Assembly (NCBI GenBank): GCA_965203515.1
Contig: OZ241907.1
Location: forward strand, 3,296,001-3,360,000
DNA from: Spirochaetia bacterium
Lineage (GTDB): Bacteria > Spirochaetota > Spirochaetia > SZUA-6 > Bin103
Length of the DNA stretch: 64,000 bases
Reading direction: 5' to 3'
Position 1 is the stretch's first letter. Each line of letters opens with the position of its first letter. The notes under the pieces were generated by a model. It had not been told where the DNA came from, did not search any database, and was given only the letters and a program-made list of their open reading frames with translations. The position numbers were made by a program, and so were the translations under genes. Below, in pieces: positions 41,936 through 49,677 of this stretch.

Positions 41936-43762
41936 CTACGAAGACGGCCAGGGCGCCGTGCCGGCGCGGATGTCCTCGACCAGCGGCGCCTCGTTGAGCT
42001 CTTCGAGCACGTCGCGCCCGCCCAGGCTCATCCACTCCTCGACGTAGCGCGGCCAGTCGGCGTCGATGTCGACGTCGGTGGTGATATAGCGCCACCACGT
42101 CTCCTGCTTGAGCGTCGTCAGTCCGTCGCCGAACTCCGCCCAGAGCGGCAGGTAGTCGGTCCGGGTGAAGATGTCCTCCCGATGGTCGGGCGTCGAAATC
42201 TCCTGGATATACGGGTTCTGCTTCATGAAGGCATCCCAGCTCATGCCCTCGGTAAGGTCGTTCCGATCCTTGTTCCAGGTACAGAAGCGGAACCCGTCGT
42301 GCCAATGGTAGGCGTTGTAATAGAAGAAGCCGTAGTGCTGGCCATAGCCCGACACACCCTCCTTGGGCGTGACCCAACTGTTGACGCAGTCGTACGGCGT
42401 CCCGTCCGCGCCCTCCTTGCCGTTCCAATCGTAGAACAGACCGGGCGGACCCCACTGGCCATGGATCAGGCCCTGCGGATCGTAGTTGAGGTAGTCGAAG
42501 ACCTGCAGAATGCGCGCCAGCTCCTCGTCGGTGACGTCGTACTTGATGCTGTAGCCCATGCCCGGGTTCATCGGCGTGGCGCGCCCGTCGAACGGACATC
42601 TCGTGATGCCGGTCGGACCGATCATCGGCAGCGCCGTCACCAGCTTGGCCTCCGGTACGTTCTTGGCGACGAGTCCGCAGTGCCCGCCCTGATCGCCGTA
42701 GCGGGCGCTGGTGCCGCAGTTCTGACCGCGCGACCACATGCCGGTCAACCCGTTCTGCCAGCGCTGCTCCCACTCGGCGCGGCTGACCGACGGCAGGTTC
42801 TGATCGAGGTATCCCAACTGGAACCAGCGCTGCAGCGTCTTGAGCGCCTCGCGGCTCTGCGAGTAGGTGTCCTCCCGCACCGTCAGGTCCTGCTCGGGAT
42901 CGTAGTAGTTTTCGACCGAGTTGACCCCGAACGCGTCGAAGACCGGCCCCATGCCCATGAAGAACACGATGTCCTGAGCCTCGGACCCCTCGCCCGCGCC
43001 CAGGGTGCCGAAGGGGATCTCGTCCGCCTGTCCGTTGCCGTTGAAGTCGGCCGCGCGGAAGCCGGCCATGATCGTCTCCACCTCGTCCCAGTCGAAGTGG
43101 CCGAACCACATGTAGAACCGGTCCGCCATGCCGGCCGGGTCGCCCTCGTCGGGCGCGCCCTCGTCGTACATCAGGCCGTTCAGCTCGCCCAGCTTGGGCG
43201 CCTTGCCGTCCAGGTTCACGGGGTCCATGCCGATCTGGCGCAGCCAGTCGAGCCGCCACGTCGCCAGCCGGTCGCAGCCCTGCTGATAGTGCTCGGCGCG
43301 CGGCAGGTTCATGTACTCGTCGGTGGTGCCGGGCGCCAGGCTCACCCCCCACGCCAGCGGCCCCTGGTTGTCCATGAACTCGCTGTACAGCGGTGCGTAG
43401 CGCTCGATCATGTCGCGCGGGATCGTGCGGAAGGCGCCCTTGTTGAACCACGCCACCATGTCGATGAAGCCCCACAGCACGTCGGGATGTTCGCCGGCGG
43501 CGATCATCGTGTTGAGCGCCTCCTGCCGACCGCCGTGCATGATCGTGTTGGTGATCTGCACGTTGAACAGCTCCTCGACGTGGGTCTTCACCCAGTTGTC
43601 GTCGGTGATCTCCGTGCCGGAGTAGCCGCCCCAGACGAGATCGAGCGTCTCATCGTTGCCGAACGAGAGCCGATCGACCTCATCCTGACCTTCCCCGAAC
43701 GCCGCGCCCGCGACGAGCAGCAGGCCACATCCGATCAACGCCGGCATTCGCTTCGTCTTCAT
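41936..43762 (-). CDS. Carbohydrate ABC transporter solute-binding protein
   Basis: Strong SD (GGAGG), signal peptide ending AFGEGQDE, AAGEHPD, RLDWL; downstream of two CUT1 permeases. Confidence 0.85.
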   Translation of the reverse strand: MKTKRMPALIGCGLLLVAGAAFGEGQDEVDRLSFGNDETLDLVWGGYSGTEITDDNWVKTHVEELFNVQITNTIMHGGRQEALNTMIAAGEHPDVLWGFIDMVAWFNKGAFRTIPRDMIERYAPLYSEFMDNQGPLAWGVSLAPGTTDEYMNLPRAEHYQQGCDRLATWRLDWLRQIGMDPVNLDGKAPKLGELNGLMYDEGAPDEGDPAGMADRFYMWFGHFDWDEVETIMAGFRAADFNGNGQADEIPFGTLGAGEGSEAQDIVFFMGMGPVFDAFGVNSVENYYDPEQDLTVREDTYSQSREALKTLQRWFQLGYLDQNLPSVSRAEWEQRWQNGLTGMWSRGQNCGTSARYGDQGGHCGLVAKNVPEAKLVTALPMIGPTGITRCPFDGRATPMNPGMGYSIKYDVTDEELARILQVFDYLNYDPQGLIHGQWGPPGLFYDWNGKEGADGTPYDCVNSWVTPKEGVSGYGQHYGFFYYNAYHWHDGFRFCTWNKDRNDLTEGMSWDAFMKQNPYIQEISTPDHREDIFTRTDYLPLWAEFGDGLTTLKQETWWRYITTDVDIDADWPRYVEEWMSLGGRDVLEELNEAPLVEDIRAGTAPWPSS

Positions 43763-43855
43763 GTCCTCCTCCTTCTTCAATGGAGTATGTTGCGACAAGG
43801 ACCTGCGGCCCTCCCTCGGTTGCTGCGCCGATGGTAGCGCAGATGCCCGCGCGCT

Positions 43856-44758
43856 TCACCCCTTCAGGGAGCCGAGCATCACCCCCTTGACGAAGAACCG
43901 CTGCAGGAATGGGTATGCCAGGATGATCGGGCCGATGGTCAGGACGATGGTGGCCGCCTGCACCGCCTCGGCGGCGAACAGCTCCACGTCGATGCCCGCC
44001 TGGCGCATCATCTCCTGGTACTCGATGAACCAGTCGCTGCGGATGTCGTTCAGCATCCGGAAGACCAGCATCTGCAGCACGGTCAGGCGCGGATGCGGCG
44101 CGTAGATCAGTGCGTCGAACCAGGAGTTCCAGTGCTGGACGGCCGAGAAGAGGGCGACCACGGCGATCACCGGCTTGGCCAGCGGCGTGATGATGCGCCA
44201 CAGCACCGTCCAGTAGGTGGCGCCGTCGATCACCGCCGAGTCCTCCATCGCCTGATCGATGGTCATCAGGTAGTTGCGGGCCAGCACGATCCAGAAGACG
44301 TTGATCGCCGGCACCATGATCAGCACGGCGCGGGTATTGAACAGCCCCAGGCTGCGGACCAACAGGAAGAGCGGGATGATCGCGCCGGTGAAGAACAGGG
44401 TGAGCGTATAGACGAGGGTGATCGACTTGCGCCACGGCAGCGTCGGCTTGGAGAGGGCGTAGGCGGCCGTGAAGGTGACCAGCAGGGTCAACAGCACGCC
44501 GAACACCACCCGGAAGATCGTGTTGAAGTAGGCCGGCGCGACCGGATGCTCGTCGAACACGTAGTTCCAGGCCTCGGTGTCGATCTCCGTCGGCCATATG
44601 TGGAACCCGGTATTTTGGACCGAGTCGATCGAGGCGAACGACTGGATGATGATCGACCAGAACGGATAGATGAAGGTGAGCGACAGCAGCACGAAGCAGG
44701 CGTAGTTGGCGGCGTCGGAGGTGACGCCGGCCGTCGTCGTCCTGCCCCGCACCGCCAT
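43856..44758 (-). CDS. Carbohydrate ABC transporter permease (MalG/LplC-like)
   Basis: EAA motif EDSAVIDGA, WNSWFD, YPFLQRFFVKG...GSLKG. Confidence 0.92.
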   Translation of the reverse strand: MAVRGRTTTAGVTSDAANYACFVLLSLTFIYPFWSIIIQSFASIDSVQNTGFHIWPTEIDTEAWNYVFDEHPVAPAYFNTIFRVVFGVLLTLLVTFTAAYALSKPTLPWRKSITLVYTLTLFFTGAIIPLFLLVRSLGLFNTRAVLIMVPAINVFWIVLARNYLMTIDQAMEDSAVIDGATYWTVLWRIITPLAKPVIAVVALFSAVQHWNSWFDALIYAPHPRLTVLQMLVFRMLNDIRSDWFIEYQEMMRQAGIDVELFAAEAVQAATIVLTIGPIILAYPFLQRFFVKGVMLGSLKG

Positions 44759-44809
44759 CGCGCTCAAGCTCCCCGCATCGAATCGCGCCGCCGTCTCACC
44801 GGGGGGCGC

Positions 44810-45781
44810 TCACCACAGGGCGTAGTCGCCGTAGTCGGCGGAACGGCGGATGATCGCGTTGACGATCAGCAGGATGATCAGTCCGGCGACGTTCTGGAAC
44901 ATGCCGATCGCGGTAGTGTAGTCGAAGTTGCCGGCCTGGATGCCGGCGCGGTAGATGAGCGTCTCGAACACGTCGGCGACCCGGTACAGGCCAGGGTTCT
45001 TCATCAGGTTGAAGATCTGCTCCCATGACTCCTGCATCAGCGCGGCCACCTGCAGCAGGAACAGGATGAAGATCATCGGCACCAGCGAAGGCAGGCTGAT
45101 GCTCAACGCCTGCCGGAGGCGGCCGGCCCCGTCGAGCTGGGCGCTCTCATAGAGCTGCGGGTCGATCCCGGACAGCGCCGCCAGATAGATGATCGAGCCC
45201 CAGCCCACGCTCTGCCAGATGCCGGTCACGACCAGGAGGCCCCGGAACGTCGGGACGTGATTGAGCAGGTGGACCGGTTCCACGCCGATCTGCTTGAAGA
45301 ACCAGAAGACCGGGCCATAGGTGTTGACTATCTGCGAGATGCTGCCGGCCAGGAGCACCCAGGAGATGAAGTGCGGGAAGTAGCTGAAGCTCTGCACCGC
45401 CCGCTTGAAGGGGGTAAACCGGACCTCGTTGAGCAGCAGCGCAAAGATGATCGGCATCGGAAACTGGAAGACGATGCGCAGGAAGCTGAGGTAGACGGTG
45501 TTGAACAGCACGCGGCCGAACAGCGGATCGCGCATCAGCCGCTTGAAGTGGGCAAAGTCGTTCCACTCGCTGCCGAGCAGCCCTCGCTGGACGTTGAAGT
45601 CGGTGAAGGAGATCGCCATCCCGTAGATCGGCACGTACTTGAACACGAACAGAAAGGCGAAGGAGATCAGCAGGAGCAGGTAGAAGGGCCGCATGCGCCG
45701 GGCGCGCGTGCGGTACTGGCGGCGCAGCAACTCGCGCTGCGCGCCGGTTACCCGCGCACCCGCTTCGACCGCCGCGGACAC
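44810..45781 (-). CDS. Carbohydrate ABC transporter permease (MalF/LplB-like)
   Basis: FALLLNEV, PHFISWV, GWGSIIYLAAL, YESAQLDGA. Confidence 0.92.
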   Translation of the reverse strand: MSAAVEAGARVTGAQRELLRRQYRTRARRMRPFYLLLLISFAFLFVFKYVPIYGMAISFTDFNVQRGLLGSEWNDFAHFKRLMRDPLFGRVLFNTVYLSFLRIVFQFPMPIIFALLLNEVRFTPFKRAVQSFSYFPHFISWVLLAGSISQIVNTYGPVFWFFKQIGVEPVHLLNHVPTFRGLLVVTGIWQSVGWGSIIYLAALSGIDPQLYESAQLDGAGRLRQALSISLPSLVPMIFILFLLQVAALMQESWEQIFNLMKNPGLYRVADVFETLIYRAGIQAGNFDYTTAIGMFQNVAGLIILLIVNAIIRRSADYGDYALW

Positions 45782-45835
45782 GGGCCTAGGCCCTCCTCCC
45801 CCGCATCATCGGCAGGTTACCACGGCGGCGCGCCG

Positions 45836-46846
45836 TCAGGCCAAGGCCGCCATGGCGTCGGCCGCCCAGCGCGGGTTGTCGAGCATCGCCGTGCCGACCG
45901 CCACCAGATCGGCCTTGCCGTCGCGGACCACGCGGTCGGCGAACGCCGGCGTGCGGATGGCGCCCGGCACGATCACCGGCACGGAGACCGCGGCGCGCAG
46001 GCGGGCGGCGATGTCGACGTGGTAGCCCTCCGAGGCGCCGTCCCAGTCCTGCGCCTGCGGGCCGTGCACCCCGCCGGAGACGTGGATCACGTCGACGCCG
46101 GCCGCGACCAGCGCCCGCGCGGCGGCTACGGCTCCGTCCGCGTCCAGGCCGCCCGGCTTGTAGTCGAGCGCGCCCAGGCGGTACTGGACCCAGTAGTCAG
46201 GGCCCACCGCGGCGCGCACCGCGCGCACCACCGCGCACGGCAGCGCGGCGCGCCGCTCGGCGTCGCCGCCGTAGCGGTCGTCGCGGCGGTTGACCAGCGG
46301 CGACAGGAACTGGCTCAGCAGGTAGCCGTGCGCGCCGTGGACCTCGACCAGGTCGTAGCCGGCCTGCGCGGCGCGGCGCGCGGCGCGGGCGAAGCCGCGC
46401 GGGTACGCCTCGATCTCGGCGATCGTGGCGGCGCGGCATTCCTCCTGGCCGCGCGGCACCACGCCGGCGGAGGCGCTGATCGGTCGGTGGCCGCTGCAGG
46501 CGCTCGGCACCTTGCCGCCGCCGTGATTGAGCTGGACGCCGGCCGCCGCGCCGGTCGCCCGGATGCGCGCGCAGAGTCGGGCGTGGCCGGCGATCAGCGC
46601 GTCGTCATGGATGCCGAGCTGATCGTCGCTGGTGCGGCCGCCGGCCGCCACGTAGCAGTGCTCGACCATCACCAGACCGACGCCGGCGGCGGCGCGCGGC
46701 ACGTAGCGGTCGAGGTGCGCCGGCGTCACCGAGCCGTCCGGCGGCGACAGGTGGCTGGCCATCGGCGGCATCACGATGCGGTTGCGCAGCGTGCGCCCCT
46801 TGATCGTGATCGGCGCCAGCAGGCCGGCCGGAGCGGTGCGGACCAT
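45836..46846 (-). CDS. NADH:flavin oxidoreductase (Old Yellow Enzyme family)
   Basis: LRNRIVMPPM, QLNHGG, EVHGAHGYLLSQFLSP..NRRDD.YGG. Confidence 0.92.
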   Translation of the reverse strand: MVRTAPAGLLAPITIKGRTLRNRIVMPPMASHLSPPDGSVTPAHLDRYVPRAAAGVGLVMVEHCYVAAGGRTSDDQLGIHDDALIAGHARLCARIRATGAAAGVQLNHGGGKVPSACSGHRPISASAGVVPRGQEECRAATIAEIEAYPRGFARAARRAAQAGYDLVEVHGAHGYLLSQFLSPLVNRRDDRYGGDAERRAALPCAVVRAVRAAVGPDYWVQYRLGALDYKPGGLDADGAVAAARALVAAGVDVIHVSGGVHGPQAQDWDGASEGYHVDIAARLRAAVSVPVIVPGAIRTPAFADRVVRDGKADLVAVGTAMLDNPRWAADAMAALA

Positions 46847-46932
46847 GCCGCGTACTGTGCGCGCCGGCGCGCGACGCTGTACAGATCGGCGCGCAGGGTG
46901 CCGCTCGGCTCGGCGGCGCTTACCTTCCGTAC

Positions 46933-47484
46933 ATGCGGGTGAAGGTGAAGCGGGCCGCGCGCGCGACGCCTGCGCCGCCGCGGCGGCGGCTGCGACGACG
47001 GCTGCGGCGCCTCGCGCTGCTGGTGCTGGCGTTCAATCTGGTGATCCCGCCGTACGTGCGGCCGGTATCGGGACCGGTCACCTCACGCTACTTCCTGCGC
47101 ACGCGGCCGGAGAGCGGCAATCCCCTGGCGCTGGAAGTCCACAAGGGCATCGACTTCGGAGCGCCGCTCGGCAGTCCGGTGCGCGCGGCCAAGAGCGGCA
47201 TCGTCGATGCGGTGGGGCACAGCCCCACCCTGGGCACCTACGTCATCATCCGCCACTGGCTGGGGTTTTCGACCCTGTACGCCCATCTGGACACCGCCAA
47301 CACGCGCGCCGGCCGGCCGGTGGTGAAGTGGGCGCGCATCGGCACCGTCGGCCAGACCGGCCGCGCCACCGGACCGCACCTGCACTTCGAGGTGCGCTGG
47401 CGCGGCCGGCGGCTGCCGCCGGGTCCGTTCCTGGCCATCGACAGCGCGCGCCGCGCCCTCTGGCGACTGGTGCGCCCGGGCTGA
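46933..47484 (+). CDS. M23 family metallopeptidase
   Basis: HKGID, YAHL, TGPHLHFEV. Confidence 0.9.
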   Translation: MRVKVKRAARATPAPPRRRLRRRLRRLALLVLAFNLVIPPYVRPVSGPVTSRYFLRTRPESGNPLALEVHKGIDFGAPLGSPVRAAKSGIVDAVGHSPTLGTYVIIRHWLGFSTLYAHLDTANTRAGRPVVKWARIGTVGQTGRATGPHLHFEVRWRGRRLPPGPFLAIDSARRALWRLVRPG

Positions 47485-47515
47485 AACGTAAGGAAGGCGA
47501 GCGCCGCGGACGGGT

Positions 47516-48766
47516 TTACGCGTCCGCCGGCGTCCGGTTTCGAGACTCGCCCAGCTTCACCGCGTGCTCGGCGAGCAGCCGTCCGCCGAGGGTCGAAGGG
47601 GAAATCACCTCATCCACGCCCAGGCGGTGCACCTTTTCGACGTTCTCCTCATCCTCGATGCGTACCAGAATCGCGAACTGGGAGCGCGGCAGGGAGTCGC
47701 GCAGATCCTTGGCGTTGACCGCCACCAGCGTGTTCATGGAATCGCTGTCGAAGGTCGCGATCAGTGCGCGCGCGCTGCCGGCGCTGGCCTCGACCAGCGT
47801 CTCGCGCAGCGTCGGGTCGCCCTCCAGGACTTCGTGGCCTTTGTCGCGCAGTTGCTGCACCACCTTCTCGCGGTCGTCGACGATCACCACGATCACGCCG
47901 CGGTCGCGCATCTCGTCGATGACGCTGGCGGCAACGCCGCTGTAACCGCACACCACGACGTGGTTGCTCAACTGTTGGAACCGCTTCACCAGGTACATCA
48001 CCCCCTTGACGCGACCTTCGACGATCGGGCCCAGCGCCACCGTCAGGGCCGTTATGAACAGTGTCATGCCGATCAGATACATCGAGACCGCGAACCACCG
48101 CGTGTTGGTGGTGGCCGGATAGATCTGGGCGACGTCGAAATCGTAGCCCAGGGTAACGTAGGCCACCAGCGCGAAGTACGCGGCATCGGTCCAACCGTCG
48201 ACGCCGTGGAACTGCTCCCGCAACAGGTAGGTGCCGACGACGCCGTAGACCAGCGCCAGCGCGATGGCGATCCCGGCCACCACCTGCCCGTAGCTGAGCC
48301 GCCGCGCGGCGCGCACGGAGAACTGCCGGTGGAACGCCAGCAACCCGGCGATCACCAGCAGCGTCGGCAGGTTGGTGAGGATGCTCTCGCCGTGGACTAC
48401 GCGAAACAGCGTGGACGGCAGGGTCGCCGCCGCCAGCGCCAAGGCGGCGCCCCAGGCCCGGCGCCGGCGCTGCAGCAGGCCCTTGCCGAGCAGCATCAGG
48501 AGGACGCCGAGAAAGCTGAGCATGATGCCGATCATCTGAGCGCCGCTGTCCTCCGTACCCGCCGCGGATTCCGTTCGAGATGCAGCCGTTGCGCCGCCGG
48601 TGCGGGCTTCGACGGATTCCGGCGCCGCCAACAGCAAGAACCCCATGAACAGGAGCAACAGGCCGTAGCATCCCACCACCACCGCCAGCACGGTGGAGGC
48701 TCGCGGCCACCGCAGCCAGCGGCGGGAGGCGCGCACGGCACTCGATTCCGGGAAACCAGTCGACAC
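47516..48766 (-). CDS. Kch-like ion channel with TrkA-N/RCK domain
   Basis: Multiple TM helices, pore-like segment YFALVAYVTLGY, HVVVCGYSGVA RCK domain. Confidence 0.8.
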   Translation of the reverse strand: MSTGFPESSAVRASRRWLRWPRASTVLAVVVGCYGLLLLFMGFLLLAAPESVEARTGGATAASRTESAAGTEDSGAQMIGIMLSFLGVLLMLLGKGLLQRRRRAWGAALALAAATLPSTLFRVVHGESILTNLPTLLVIAGLLAFHRQFSVRAARRLSYGQVVAGIAIALALVYGVVGTYLLREQFHGVDGWTDAAYFALVAYVTLGYDFDVAQIYPATTNTRWFAVSMYLIGMTLFITALTVALGPIVEGRVKGVMYLVKRFQQLSNHVVVCGYSGVAASVIDEMRDRGVIVVIVDDREKVVQQLRDKGHEVLEGDPTLRETLVEASAGSARALIATFDSDSMNTLVAVNAKDLRDSLPRSQFAILVRIEDEENVEKVHRLGVDEVISPSTLGGRLLAEHAVKLGESRNRTPADA

Positions 48767-48790
48767 TAAGGGGCCTATGCGTTCACCGGG

Positions 48791-49267
48791 TCATCCGAGG
48801 TCGCGCAGAAAACGCTCGAATCGATCGAGGCTCTGCCCAAGACCGGGATGCAGCTGGCGCACCTTCTTGACCAGGAAGTCGAGCCGGTCCCAGTCACAGG
48901 CGAGCTCGAAGTAGTTGCGCCTGCAGTGGCGGAATCTGAGCAACTCGTGCAACGCCGGGACATCCCGCGAGGCCACGGCGCCGGGCCGCACCCCCTCGAT
49001 CTCGAGCGTCATCTTCTGCAGCAGATCGGAATGCCAACGCTCGGGATCCAGGCTGTTCTCGAAGTGCTGCGAGATGCGCAAGAAGATGGTCTCAGCGCAG
49101 GTGTAGTAGTTTTCCAGCAGCCCCGCAATGATGAGCGCCGACCGTTCGGTCTTGCCAAGCTGCGCGATCTCCTGGTCGAGAGCCTCGTCGATTGAGCTCC
49201 GAATCGTCTCCAATCGTTCCCGATTCTGTCGAATCAGCGCCGTCAGTTCACTCGTCGACGCGTTCAT
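48791..49267 (-). CDS. HEPN-domain protein (HepT-like toxin)
   Basis: LENYYT..E.IF.RI, WHSDLL..M, RP, ELLRFRH; overlaps the MNT gene end. Confidence 0.8.
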   Translation of the reverse strand: MNASTSELTALIRQNRERLETIRSSIDEALDQEIAQLGKTERSALIIAGLLENYYTCAETIFLRISQHFENSLDPERWHSDLLQKMTLEIEGVRPGAVASRDVPALHELLRFRHCRRNYFELACDWDRLDFLVKKVRQLHPGLGQSLDRFERFLRDLG

Positions 49268-49649
49268 GGACTACCTTCCCGCGCTGTCTGACGTACTCCG
49301 CTACGTCGGCCGGCAGCTTCTCCATCTCTACGACGTCGACGGGGGCAGTCGCGCCATCGAGGGCGATGCCGACCGTGCGGAAGTATTCTTCCGGCCCGTG
49401 CAATCCCTCAACGGCGATATCGATGTCGGAAATCTCGCTGAACCGACCGCGGTCGAGCAGCGAACCCCACTGGTAGATGCGGCGCGGGTTGACCTCACGC
49501 GCGATCTGCGCGATGACGGCGTCGGCCTCGCGGGTGGTCCGATCGAACAACGCGTCGATCCGTGCGCGCCGCCGGTCGGCCTTGGCCTGCAGGAAGGCCC
49601 GCACCTTGTCCAGGTCGATGGGGTTGTCGGCATTCATGACAACGGCCAT
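49248..49649 (-). CDS. Minimal nucleotidyltransferase (MNT/MntA-like antitoxin)
   Basis: WGS...SDIDIAV and VDVV Pol-beta superfamily motifs; start 49649 or 49637. Confidence 0.85.
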   Translation of the reverse strand: MAVVMNADNPIDLDKVRAFLQAKADRRRARIDALFDRTTREADAVIAQIAREVNPRRIYQWGSLLDRGRFSEISDIDIAVEGLHGPEEYFRTVGIALDGATAPVDVVEMEKLPADVAEYVRQRGKVVHERVDE

Positions 49650-49677
49650 TGCAGTATAGCCGCAGCGCCGGCGGCGG

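Noticed and set aside
40002..43475. Long R/A/G/P-rich ORFs and 5' extensions (e.g. 40002-43475, 25258-28386, 34552-37275, 49795-52278)
   Set aside because: Antisense or alternate-frame shadows expected from stop-codon scarcity in high-GC DNA; the shadow portions have no motifs.
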